From Candidatus Latescibacterota bacterium (GTDB lineage: Bacteria > Latescibacterota > UBA2968 > GCA-2709665), in NCBI GenBank assembly GCA_965219995.1, contig CBDCOX010000002.1:2528001-2592000 (forward strand): a DNA stretch of 64,000 nt, read 5' to 3'. The translations under genes and the position numbers were made by a program. The notes beneath the pieces are model-generated. The model had not been told where the DNA came from and did not search any database. It saw only the letters and a program-made list of their open reading frames with translations. Below are positions 10,497 through 20,145 of this stretch, piece by piece (position 1 is the stretch's first letter; each line of letters starts with the position of its first letter).

Positions 10497-10562
10497 CAGA
10501 AAAGGCGCCGGCCGTACTGGGTACGATCGACGCCTTTCGGGAGGGATGTAGCATGGTTGTAT
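10497..10562 (-). ncRNA. Candidate small RNA between an ECF-type promoter and an intrinsic terminator
   Basis: Promoter TGAAAC-N16-CGTCTA directly upstream; ATCCCTCCC anti-SD-like tract; 17-bp hairpin (one mismatch, two G-U) followed by TTTTC. Confidence 0.5.
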
Positions 10563-10567
10563 CCGCT

Positions 10568-10595
10568 TAGACGCGCTCCGGGCGGAGAGGTTTCA
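10568..10595 (-). promoter_or_regulatory. ECF sigma (SigW-like) promoter
   Basis: Minus strand TGAAAC (10595-10590), 16-nt spacer, CGTCTA (10573-10568). Confidence 0.55.
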
Positions 10596-10663
10596 AATTT
10601 TCGGGAGCGCCTTTAGAATCAAGCGATCATACCCGGCAAGACGACGGTGGGGCAGGTCCGGAA

Positions 10664-10958
10664 CTCGTGTCCTGTCCCAGAAATACCTCACCATTCTTCC
10701 GCCGATTCATCCCGTCTCGCTGCGGTGTGATCTACTGACTTCGGTAAGACGTTAGACGTGAGACGGTAGAGGATGACTTTTGCCGCAGAATTTCCGCATT
10801 TACCGTGCCTGTTTCTCTGACCTTTGTCGCAACGACAACCAGAACCATAAGGCACTCATATCATCTCCCGTCTCACCTCTCCCGTCTCACCGCCTTTAGA
10901 GAATTACTGCTTTTCTCTGGACGAATTCAGGCAACTTATTTCCGGGACAGAACACTAG
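10664..10958. mobile_element. MITE-like element with 22-bp imperfect TIRs and internal inverted heptamer-repeat arms
   Basis: CTCGTGTCCTGTCCCAGAAATA (10664-10685) vs reverse complement of 10937-10958 CTAGTGTTCTGTCCCGGAAATA, 19/22; inner GTNAGAC-type 7-mer arrays in inverted orientation; core homologous to 29775-29923. Confidence 0.65.
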
Positions 10959-10960
10959 AC

Positions 10961-10989
10961 TTGACGGCATCTTGAGAATTGACTATATT
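10961..10989 (+). promoter_or_regulatory. Sigma70-like promoter for the AAA ATPase
   Basis: TTGACG-N17-TATATT. Confidence 0.5.
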
Positions 10990-11029
10990 ATCGTCAAATT
11001 ACTGCGAAAAATGACGACAACATAGTCAA

Positions 11030-12181
11030 ATGACAATTCCACGCATATTTGACGCCCCCCGGAAGAGCTTCTTTCTCCTGGGACCTCGCGGCGTTGGAAA
11101 GAGCACCTGTCTGCGATCGGCATTTCCGGATGCGCACGTCGTGAATCTGCTCGCCGAGGATACGTACCAGCGCCTGCTTGCGAATCCGGGTCTCCTTGCC
11201 GCGGAGCTGCGCGCCGTGCCGGATGACCGGTGGGTGGTTCTGGACGAGATGCAGAGATTGCCGACGTTGCTTAACGAGGTACACCGGTTTATCGAAGAAA
11301 AGCGAATGCGCTTTGTATTGTGCGGGTCCAGTGCAAGAAAACTCAAAAGGGCAGGTGTCAACCTCCTTGCGGGCCGCGCCCTGAATCGCGCGATGCATCC
11401 CTTTACTCCCGAGGAGTTGGGAGAACGGTTCGCGCTCGACGACGCCTTGCAACATGGACTGCTGCCCATCGTATGGGATTCGGATGACAGGGCGGAGACA
11501 CTGGTTGCCTATACGCAGATGTATCTCAAAGAGGAGATACAAGCAGAGGCACTTGTGCGGAACCTTCCCGGATTCGCGCGCTTTCTCCCGGTTGCGGCGC
11601 TCTTTCACGGCCAGACCTTCAACGCGACCAACATCGCAAGAGAAGCTCAGGTTGCGCGCACGACAGTTACGGGATACCTGCAGATCCTGGAAGAAACACT
11701 TCTCTGCTTTCAACTTCCTGCATACGAGACCCGATTGCGCGTGCGCGAACGCAAAATGCCAAAGTGGTATTGGTGCGACCCCGGTCTCGTACGGGCGATG
11801 AAACGGGTCACGACGCCTCCCGCCCCGGAGGAGCGCGGCGCTCTATTCGAAGGCCTGATTGCCCAGTTGATCCGGGCGTATACAGACTACCGTCATGTCT
11901 GCGACGAGTGCTTCTATTGGTCGACCGCGGCGCAGACCGGTACCGAGGTGGACTTCCTGCTCAAGCGCGGCGGGGAATTCGTGGCAATCGAAGTCAAATC
12001 CGGCGGCGCGTTCGCGGAATCCTGGTGCAAGGGACTAAGGGTTCTGACCGAGCTGCCGGGACTTTGCCGCAGGCTTGTCGTTTATCCCGACGGGCCTGAA
12101 TTGCGGACCGCTGACGGTATCGAGGTCCTCCCGTTTTCACACTTTTCCAACCTGCTTGCCGCCGATACGCTGTGGCCGTGA
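11030..12181 (+). CDS. AAA+ ATPase with C-terminal DUF4143 (PD-(D/E)xK-like) domain
   Basis: LLGPRGVGKST, VVLDEMQR, LCGSSARKL, GALFEG, EVDFLL...AIEVKS. Confidence 0.88.
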   Translation: MTIPRIFDAPRKSFFLLGPRGVGKSTCLRSAFPDAHVVNLLAEDTYQRLLANPGLLAAELRAVPDDRWVVLDEMQRLPTLLNEVHRFIEEKRMRFVLCGSSARKLKRAGVNLLAGRALNRAMHPFTPEELGERFALDDALQHGLLPIVWDSDDRAETLVAYTQMYLKEEIQAEALVRNLPGFARFLPVAALFHGQTFNATNIAREAQVARTTVTGYLQILEETLLCFQLPAYETRLRVRERKMPKWYWCDPGLVRAMKRVTTPPAPEERGALFEGLIAQLIRAYTDYRHVCDECFYWSTAAQTGTEVDFLLKRGGEFVAIEVKSGGAFAESWCKGLRVLTELPGLCRRLVVYPDGPELRTADGIEVLPFSHFSNLLAADTLWP

Positions 12182-12196
12182 GGGAATCCGCGAAGA

Positions 12197-12457
12197 ATGA
12201 GTGCCTATAGAAGCTTCAAGGACTATCACATTGAGCAGCTACGCGACCCGGAGGACTCGAAGAACTATCTTACCGTTGCGCTTGATGATTATGAAGAAAA
12301 CGGGGATATGGAAGCGTTCTTGCTGGCAGTCAGAGACGTAGCAGAGGCGCAGGGCGGTATGTCCAGGTTGGCGTAGCGGGTCAGCCTGACTCGTGACGGA
12401 CTTTACAAAACCCTTTCCGAAAATGGGAATCCGCAGCTCAACACGATGGGCGAATAG
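12197..12457 (+). pseudogene. Addiction-module antidote (HI1420-like HTH), interrupted
   Basis: MSAYRSFKDYHIEQLRDPED...FLLAVRDVAEAQGGMSRLA*RVSLTRDGLYKTLSENGNPQLNT; in-frame TAG at 12374-12376; no toxin gene alongside. Confidence 0.75.
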
Positions 12458-12512
12458 ACGGAACTGGTAGGACAGACTCGCATTCTCTATGAAACCTACC
12501 CAACCCACATGG

Positions 12513-13670
12513 TCACCAATCCCGCAGCATCCCTTCGACTCTGTCAAGAGCCTCTTGTGGCATCTCCTGTTCGTTTTGAGAATTCTGAATATAGTTTAGT
12601 GCCCATCCTATCGCTCTCATTGCAGCTTTAGCTTGGGCAACTCTTGTAACATAAGAAGGCTTGCAGGATACACTGTCCTCAGAAAGCTCAAGCTCCCTCC
12701 AACTCTCCTCAATTTCCCCTTCGCTGAGATCCGGTAGCTGTACAAAATGATCCAAGCGATCGTTAACCCGTGGGAACGCTTTCAGCTGTACTTGAAGATG
12801 CGATAGGTTTTCCTCGCCCAAGAACGATCGAAGATGTGCAAAATTGGCTGGGTCAAAAAAGATCCCTGCCGGTCCTCCATATCCCCACTTCTTGCAACCT
12901 TCTACAGGAAATACGCTCATCGGATAAACTAAAACGTAAAGATAAACAAGCTGACGCAAGAGCATATTCACTCGGAATAGAAAGTAGAAAAAGGTATACA
13001 GAGACAATCGATCGTGACCGCCGCTTAGCGTAACTACTGACTCCTCGATTTTAGGGCTATGGTTGAAGGCGCAGCTCACCTTGTAAATCTTATGAAGTGC
13101 CTTTCGTAGACGAGAAACTCTCTCACGATCTACGTAATCTCGAGTAGGTAACCTCTTGAATACAAAATCGAATGTATCTTGAAACGGAGGTTTGGATTTC
13201 TTTCCTTTTAACCATTGATAATATGGGTGATATCCACTCTTTTCGCAACGCAAGAGCCAATATAAATGTAGAATTGCCAGTTCCATGAATGGCCGTAACA
13301 AAGTAAACGCAGCAAGGAGATTTTTATTTAATAAGCACGTTCCGATTTCTTTGAGATACACCAAACTTTCATAATAACAATAGTGTCGATTTGTTACCTG
13401 ATCAGTTTCACTGAAGGCAACCTCTAGAATATCTTGAAACTGGGAGTATGCACTAATGCCACGACTGAATTCGTTCACATTTTCGTCAATTGTCTCATCT
13501 TCTTTTGCACCCTTGATGAGTTCAATCGCGAAGGGGCTGAGTTGAGATTCCGGGAAATTTAAGACTTCAAACAGTGCTTTTTCACTTGGGTCGCCTTGGA
13601 AATAATTACCGATCCCTGTATAGGCTACGCTATTGTCCTTGGCGAAATGGTTCAAGAGTTTCTCATTCAT
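12513..13670 (-). CDS. Hypothetical protein with a DUF5677/HEPN-like helical domain
   Basis: Long AT-richer ORF; AAFTLLRPFMELA (RxxxE) and YKVSCAFNH (Y..S...H) motifs. Confidence 0.55.
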   Translation of the reverse strand: MNEKLLNHFAKDNSVAYTGIGNYFQGDPSEKALFEVLNFPESQLSPFAIELIKGAKEDETIDENVNEFSRGISAYSQFQDILEVAFSETDQVTNRHYCYYESLVYLKEIGTCLLNKNLLAAFTLLRPFMELAILHLYWLLRCEKSGYHPYYQWLKGKKSKPPFQDTFDFVFKRLPTRDYVDRERVSRLRKALHKIYKVSCAFNHSPKIEESVVTLSGGHDRLSLYTFFYFLFRVNMLLRQLVYLYVLVYPMSVFPVEGCKKWGYGGPAGIFFDPANFAHLRSFLGEENLSHLQVQLKAFPRVNDRLDHFVQLPDLSEGEIEESWRELELSEDSVSCKPSYVTRVAQAKAAMRAIGWALNYIQNSQNEQEMPQEALDRVEGMLRDW

Positions 13671-13761
13671 TGGTTTATCCCTCGAGTGATTATTATGTAG
13701 GGCATGGTCACGTTGAGATCCCGTCCGTCTGTTCCATTCCAATATAACAACGGAAAAAGAT

Positions 13762-15117
13762 ATGACGAATCAAGAGCACGTCAAATGGCTTAGAGAAGGC
13801 GTTGAAGCCTGGAACAAGAGACGCGGTAGAACAAGGTTTACGCCTCTCCTCGCTGGTGCCAATCTAAGAAGCGTTAACCTGAGCGGCGCCTATCTATCCG
13901 GTGCCTACATGGGCGGTGCAGATCTGCTTGGCGCCGATTTGAGCGATGCGCACCTCACATTTGTCGATCTAAGCGAGACTATCCTCGTGTCCGCCAATCT
14001 AAGTGGTGCCAACCTCGCATCTGCCGACCTGAGCGGTGCAAACCTCATTAATGCGAATCTGAGTCGTGCTAACTTGCGTGGTGCCGATCTGAGCGGCGCT
14101 TGGCTAACACAAACGGAGCCGTGGAAAGCTAAACTATATATCACCGCCAAAGATAGCGGGACAATTCAAGGTACAACGGACGCAGCTGGCGACGACGAAA
14201 GGAAGAAAATCAAGAGCATTGGGAGTTTGTTACTCGAATGCCGCGATCTGCGAGACAGATACAGAGACGATATCCTATTCTATTTTCGAGGAGACAGTCG
14301 CACCTCAAGGGAATTGAGGCCCTCCGTAATGCGGCCTTCTCCAGCGGGTGAATTTCCTTTTCGTGGGTGCGAGGGAGAGATGCTGCTAGATCTCATGTCG
14401 CGTCAGCCAGAGGCATTTGGTGGTTTGACGCTGGCAATTGACCAATGGGTGCTTGCACAGCATCACGGACTCAAGACACGCCTTCTAGACATCACGCGAA
14501 ACCCACTCGTTGCAATGTTCAATGTCTGCAAAAAACACGACATGCAACGCGGCTCTGACCGGGAGGATGGGTGCTTGCATGTATTCGCGGTACCACGAGA
14601 AATGGTTAAACCGTTTAATAGTGATACGATTAGTATTGTCGCCAATTATTCTAAACTTCGGCGAAGCGAGCAGACTCATCTATTGGGTAAAGACTCTCTT
14701 GACCCGCAGGATAAATCCGCGTTTACGAGATATGACCGAGTCTTGAGTCGCCTTTACAATTTTATACGGCATGAGAAACCGTCCTTCCAGGAGAAAATTG
14801 ATCCGAGAGACCTGTTCCGTGTCTTTGTCGTTGAGCCACAATGGTCATTCCAACGACTCCGGGCGCAGTCTGGAGCTTTTCTCCTATCGGCCTTTCACGA
14901 AAGATTCGAGCGCGATGAAATCCTGAAGTGGAACACCGAAATACCAGTTTACGACCATTACACGTTGACGGTTTCGGGAGAGAGGAAGGGATATATCATG
15001 GATGAACTGCGTTTGTTGAATATCACTCATGAGAGTCTCTTTCCCGGCCTTGATGAGGCTGCGAAGGCGGTCATACAACGCTATTCCAACGAGAGATCAA
15101 CGAACAGTGAAGACTGA
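13762..15117 (+). CDS. Pentapeptide-repeat protein fused to an FRG domain
   Basis: A(N/D)LxG pentapeptide repeats at about aa 30-115; FYFRGDS...LRPSVMR; LAQHHGLKTRLLDITRNPLVA; RLRAQSGAF; ESLFPGLD. Confidence 0.85.
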   Translation: MTNQEHVKWLREGVEAWNKRRGRTRFTPLLAGANLRSVNLSGAYLSGAYMGGADLLGADLSDAHLTFVDLSETILVSANLSGANLASADLSGANLINANLSRANLRGADLSGAWLTQTEPWKAKLYITAKDSGTIQGTTDAAGDDERKKIKSIGSLLLECRDLRDRYRDDILFYFRGDSRTSRELRPSVMRPSPAGEFPFRGCEGEMLLDLMSRQPEAFGGLTLAIDQWVLAQHHGLKTRLLDITRNPLVAMFNVCKKHDMQRGSDREDGCLHVFAVPREMVKPFNSDTISIVANYSKLRRSEQTHLLGKDSLDPQDKSAFTRYDRVLSRLYNFIRHEKPSFQEKIDPRDLFRVFVVEPQWSFQRLRAQSGAFLLSAFHERFERDEILKWNTEIPVYDHYTLTVSGERKGYIMDELRLLNITHESLFPGLDEAAKAVIQRYSNERSTNSED

Positions 15118-15488
15118 TACGTCGCACGAGTTCAATCAGGAAATTACCGGTTGGTTCATTCATCGCAAATGGCTGGAGGCAATACGACATGCACGGAAGC
15201 GTGTTGAAAGGGTTCAAGATCGCCGGAATTAGGATTACCGGGTCAGAACTGACGTCGGCTTTTAAGTCGGAGTCTAAGGACTGCGATTATTGCATGAAGC
15301 GTGGTGGTTCGGGGCTCAGCTTAGCGTGAAACCTTAGTTCTACGCATCGTGAAAGGGAAATGTTACTTATCGAAGTATCCAACGGAGTTTCGAGGCTTCC
15401 CTTGCCAGAGCAGTTCTATTGGATTTCGAGTTATTCGATCACTTCAGTTCCGCGCTACTCTACGTCTGAGGCAGTGCCGGCAAAGGTC

Positions 15489-16407
15489 TGTTAATGATCG
15501 CCTATATGGGGCCACTGCAGGATCGGCCTAATGAGGCCACCTGGGATGCGATTAAGGTTTCGGACTATCCGGCAACGGTTCTACCTTCTTTCTTTCTCCC
15601 CGACAGTCAGGAGGGAAGAATATGGCCAACCGGAGGTTCGAGATGTATCAGTATCGCCAGGAATTGACGCGTATGCGGTTGGGCGATTCGGATCGCGCGA
15701 TCGCCCGGTCAGGGTTGATGGGTCGGCAGAAGTCCGGCGCGCTTCGTGACGTGGCAATCCGTGAGGGATGGCTCGAGCCTTCCCACGTGTTGCATGATGA
15801 TGCGACCCTCCCGCAGGTTGTTCAGGTTCCATCCTCGCGACCTCAGTCGGCCTCGTCGGTTTTACCCTACCAGGACAAGGTGAATGCCTGGTGGCGTCAG
15901 GGCATCCGGGGTACAGTCATCCACCATGCGTTGGTAGACACCTACGGCTATGCCGGCTCGTATTCTTCCATCCGTCGTCTTCTCCAGCGGCTCAAAGACG
16001 CGCATCCCAACGTCACCACCGTGTTGGACATCGATCCGGGCGACGTGGCGCAGGTTGAGTTTGGGCGGGGTCCCACGATACAGGACGTCTTCACCCACCA
16101 GTCCATCGCGACGTGGATCTTCGTAATGGTGCTGGCGTGGTCTCGCCACCAATATGCCGAGATCGTGCCGGACCAGAAAGTCGAGACGTGGCTTTCCTGC
16201 CACAGAAGCGCCTTCGAGTTCTTCGGCGGCGTGCCGGCACGTGTGGTGATCGACAATCCCAAAAACGCCATCACCAGGGCCTGCTACCACGATTCGGAGG
16301 TGCAGCGCGCCTACGGCGAGTGCGCCGAAGGCTATGGTTTTACCATCTCACCGTGCCCCGTGCGAGACCCGAAGAAGAAGGGGCGCGTGGAGGCGGCCGG
16401 ACCATAG
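15489..16407 (+). mobile_element. istA: Truncated IS21-family element (left end plus partial istA, no istB)
   Basis: TG-start end with repeated GGCCAC boxes; CDS 15622-16407 with VLAWSRHQYAE, FFGGVPARVVIDNPK, PKKKGRVE, then abrupt stop. Confidence 0.85.
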
Positions 16408-16453
16408 TCGCATCTTTCATCTTGGCCAAGTCGCCTTGGGGATTAAGGGCGGT

Positions 16454-18253
16454 ATGGAGATCCGAGGGAACGCTTTCACCATGACCACCGAAACCGCTGT
16501 CGAGGTTACCCGGCTCATTGAGCGTGCGTTTGAAGGCACGGATGTGGGATTTTTGAACGCTCACGGCAGGCCCGATCCGATTCCAGTCAGTTCCGCGTTG
16601 CCGCACCTCAGCGCGAATGACGATTCGTCGATCCGGTACCGCATTAAGCAGGTTGCGAACGAGGCTACGCCCTGGCAGTACGGACCCGCGTTTGGAGACC
16701 TGCAGCGCTGGGTTGATCACCATTTGCGAGAACCCACGGAAGTGCGTCCGCCAGAAGGCACTGTTGCATTTTGCGGCAGCAGTAACTATCGACCCGAGAG
16801 GATACAGAACCCCGTGGTCGCTACCCGGATATTGCTCCTGGCTGCCGCGTACTACGGAGCCAGAAAGATAGGTAGGCTCGTTGCAGGGTTCCTAGGCCAC
16901 GGCCTCATCCAGGCACATCAGTTCTGTTTGCTGAAGGGGTTCGCCATCGAATCGAGGATCACGCTGGACGATTACTGCACTCTGATTCCGTACCGCGAGA
17001 TGGTGCGTTACCTAAAGAGGAATTACATTGGCACCCTCGACAAATGGCCGGATGAAGACGCCAACGTGTGCGTGCTCCGGGCCACACAGTTTGAGGACAG
17101 GTTTGTCGGTCCCCCGGACGAGGTGGGCCTAGTTTACGGCAGCCCTCTCATGAAATACGGGGCGGATCACCTCGCACTGCTCCTTAGCCTATCCTGGGGA
17201 TTTGGATTCAGTTGTTTCTTAAGCCAAGATCGGGTTAGTCCCGCCGTAAATGCCTCACTGCCATTTGACGACCTGCGGGGCATAAGTGGCGGGATAATCC
17301 GACGCACGGAATTGCTTGTCATCGGCTTTCGGACGCAGGAACGGAAGCGCCCCCTGCCGGTGTCGGAGCTATCCGAGCTGGCGGTAGCGTATCTACGTCA
17401 CGACGAGCCAACGCGACGGGTACTGAATGTCGCCCTGCGATGGTTTCGTGAGAGCCTTACGCGGACCGCCGAGCCGGAGGATGCTGTGATTAGCCAAGGC
17501 ATTGCCCTGGAGGCATTGTTCGGCGAGCCGGGCAAACACCGAGGCTTCAGGAAGAGGCTTAGTTCGCGTGGATCGTGGTACTATGCTGACTCGCAGAAGG
17601 AGCGCCACGATACAAGGCAACTGATACAGAACTTTTATGATTTAAGATCACAGATCGCACATGGCGGGGCAGTGTCTGAACCAGACCCCTCGCTCACGGA
17701 AGGAATCTCCAGGGTGCTTCGGTCAAGCATCAAGTCGATGATCTTGAATGGCCGGCCGTCGGACTGGATTGACGCCGCCGGAGATGGGTCCATACGAAGC
17801 AACCCGCCGCGGTCCGATGATGTCATCCCGTCGGACAAAGCCGACTCCCTGAGCTGGTCGCTTCGTGAGCAGAAGGAGATCGACACGCAACTCAGAAGAG
17901 CGTGGGAATCAACGCTAGCCGACCAGCCGAATCGGCCGGCGGACACCGGCGGCCCGTGTGTCCATCACGGCCCGATTCGTTCCGGGGACCTATCGCTACG
18001 CCAGGAACGTGGGATACCTTACGTGATTGGACATCCGGCGCGCCTCTACATGGCACACCCGAAGTGGCCAAGACAGCCTTCGGACGAACTGGATGACCGC
18101 ACGCTGTATTACTGCAGTCAGGACATCGATAGACACTTGGAATCGTGGCGGCAGGCGGCTTTGGAGAGGCGATGTGACTACATCAGCGTGAATAACGACG
18201 CTGAACTCTACCACCCCAAGCACCGCGACCGATGGCCTGAGCCGCTGGGGTAG
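16454..18253 (+). CDS. ApeA-like HEPN domain protein with an extra C-terminal domain
   Basis: IALEALF...LSSRGSW...FYDLRSQIAHG (R-x4-H HEPN motif). Confidence 0.7.
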   Translation: MEIRGNAFTMTTETAVEVTRLIERAFEGTDVGFLNAHGRPDPIPVSSALPHLSANDDSSIRYRIKQVANEATPWQYGPAFGDLQRWVDHHLREPTEVRPPEGTVAFCGSSNYRPERIQNPVVATRILLLAAAYYGARKIGRLVAGFLGHGLIQAHQFCLLKGFAIESRITLDDYCTLIPYREMVRYLKRNYIGTLDKWPDEDANVCVLRATQFEDRFVGPPDEVGLVYGSPLMKYGADHLALLLSLSWGFGFSCFLSQDRVSPAVNASLPFDDLRGISGGIIRRTELLVIGFRTQERKRPLPVSELSELAVAYLRHDEPTRRVLNVALRWFRESLTRTAEPEDAVISQGIALEALFGEPGKHRGFRKRLSSRGSWYYADSQKERHDTRQLIQNFYDLRSQIAHGGAVSEPDPSLTEGISRVLRSSIKSMILNGRPSDWIDAAGDGSIRSNPPRSDDVIPSDKADSLSWSLREQKEIDTQLRRAWESTLADQPNRPADTGGPCVHHGPIRSGDLSLRQERGIPYVIGHPARLYMAHPKWPRQPSDELDDRTLYYCSQDIDRHLESWRQAALERRCDYISVNNDAELYHPKHRDRWPEPLG

Positions 18254-18309
18254 GTGCGGCCTAGCAGGATCACGACCTCCACTTCCTGCAACACCTCCGC
18301 CATGCCCAC

Positions 18310-18960
18310 CAACGACAAGATCGTTCATAAGGCTCAAAAACTGGCGTCGTTTGCGCCTTTTGTAATGCCCGGCCTGACCCAGCCGGTGGCGACGTTCAGC
18401 GCGGCGAATAACGTGGTGGTGCCGTTTCTCTTGTATTCGTGGCTAAAGCCGGTCACGGCCTTGCCTTTGGGCAGCTTGAGCGATTCCTGTACCCGCTTCA
18501 GCGCCTGGATCGCGGGCTTTTCGTCGACGCATAGGACGATCACATTTTTAGGAGGTTCCAGATACAACCCCACGTTGGCTGCGGCCTTGGTGGCAAATTT
18601 GGGATCGTTGCTGATACAACAGCTGCGCCTTCTGGCCTGCGAGATGCCGTGGTTGCGCAATACCTGCCAGACATAGTGGACAGAAATCCCCAGCTTGTCG
18701 GCCAACAACGGACCGGTCCAGTTTCCATAGCCCTTCGGCGGCGGTTAGTCCAACGCCTCCAAAATGCGCATTTCGCTTGACGCGTCGTACTTGGCAGGCT
18801 TGCCCGATCTCGCCTTATCCTGCAACCCGGAAAGACCCGACTCGTGAAAGCGCCGGCGCCACTTGCACACCGTGGCCTCGCGCGTTCCCAGGTCCCTGGC
18901 GATGTCCCGGTTCGCAACGCCCTGCGATGCTGAAAGAACGATCCGGGCGCGCAGCACATA
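18310..18960 (-). pseudogene. IS630-family transposase fragment
   Basis: RARIVL...VCKWRRRF..GLSGLQDKARSGKP; in-frame TAA at 18745; VLCVDEKPAIQAL; YKRNGTTTLFAALNVATG; truncated. Confidence 0.85.
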
Positions 18961-19049
18961 ACGTTATTGCGTCTTGCTTGAACGTGTCCAACTCAACAGC
19001 TTTTTCCCTCGTCACTCAACGTGATCAACACGGCGGGGCGGCTCATAGG

Positions 19050-19330
19050 CGGCACCTCCGAAGTGATCCGCGCGGAACCTTACATTGAAGCCGAGCCGGC
19101 GAAGGCCTACTCGCTGCCTTGCAAAACCATCGTGAGGAGATTGAGAAGGCCTTGGGTTTCGGGCTCGACTGCCAGGAAGATCGGCCACGAGGCCGTGCCC
19201 GTCGTGTCGCGGTGTTCGGCGCTCGAACGAGAGCCGCTCGCATGGCCTGCACGAGCCCATACACCGGGGACTTTGACGTCCCTCACGGTTCGGAAGCCGC
19301 CGAAACTGGACTGCGGGAGGACTCCCCTGG
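19050..19330 (+). pseudogene. DUF4268-like remnant
   Basis: Frameshifted fragments ...AKAYS / LQNHREEIEKALGFGLDCQE...RARRVAV resemble the DUF4268 IE.ELG..L.W.E motif. Confidence 0.4.
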
Positions 19331-19333
19331 CGT

Positions 19334-19837
19334 TTAGCGCAAGATCTCGGAGATTTCGGCGTTTCCTGAGTGAGGAAGGAGGACTCGGATCAGATCATCC
19401 CGTTCGAGGCTCGTCTTCCGAGGCCCGAGATCTCTCCGAATTTGGAAGACGAAGTCGGCCATCAGCTTCTGGGGCTCCTCGATCTTGCTCCTCTTCGTTT
19501 CGGGGAGAGCCTCGCACATCGATGCCGCAAACATCAGTTTGCTGAAAGAACGGATGAGATCATCAGAAGCCGTGATCGCGAACTCGTACAGCGCGAGATT
19601 GTACTCGGCTGAATCGGCAGTGCCTGCTAGCGCTTGGACTGGATCTTGGCCCGCACGGGCCGCCGCCAAAGCGGTTGCCCAGGGCCGGAGGAGTTCTCGG
19701 TAGAGCGGGGTCCTCGCCTCGCGGAGTGCTCTCGCTTCCTCACGGCGCCTCTGCGCTCGGCGATCCAGCCACTGATTGATCATAGTGACCAATCCACCGC
19801 CGCCCAGAGCACCTACGACCAACTCCATTACATCCAT
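19334..19837 (-). CDS. Hypothetical protein with an N-terminal TM/amphipathic helix
   Basis: MELVVGALGGGGLVTMINQWLDRR followed by helical region; intact ORF in the island. Confidence 0.6.
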   Translation of the reverse strand: MDVMELVVGALGGGGLVTMINQWLDRRAQRRREEARALREARTPLYRELLRPWATALAAARAGQDPVQALAGTADSAEYNLALYEFAITASDDLIRSFSKLMFAASMCEALPETKRSKIEEPQKLMADFVFQIRRDLGPRKTSLERDDLIRVLLPHSGNAEISEILR

Positions 19838-20145
19838 AGGGCCACACCTCGTTTCTCTTTCGCACAAGTTAGTGGGACAATCCCGTAGTGGCCTCAGCCG
19901 ACCAGACTATAAGCGACTCCAGCCGGTACTGTAACCCGTGATAACCTTGCCTGCCCCTACAGCCTTTGAACCCGTCAGCGTAGACGGATTGGCTTGTTCG
20001 CCGTGTGGTCCGCAAAGAACTCCTGTAGTGAGTGATCCTGAGTGGGATTTGGAGAGAAGTTCTCATTGACCTGCTAACGCTAACGAGAATATTGTTGTCT
20101 TGAGATCGCCCCAACCGGAAGACCAAGAATCCATACGTCTTGTCT

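Noticed and set aside
12374-12376. In-frame TAG as possible stop-codon recoding (pyrrolysine or alternative code)
   Set aside because: Many intact genes here end in TAG, the region is full of pseudogenes with mixed stop types, and no pyl genes are visible
16334-16453. Fusion of IS21 istA with the HEPN gene
   Set aside because: The two are in different frames; the overlap comes from the ORF caller's longest start, and a better start lies at 16454 or 16481
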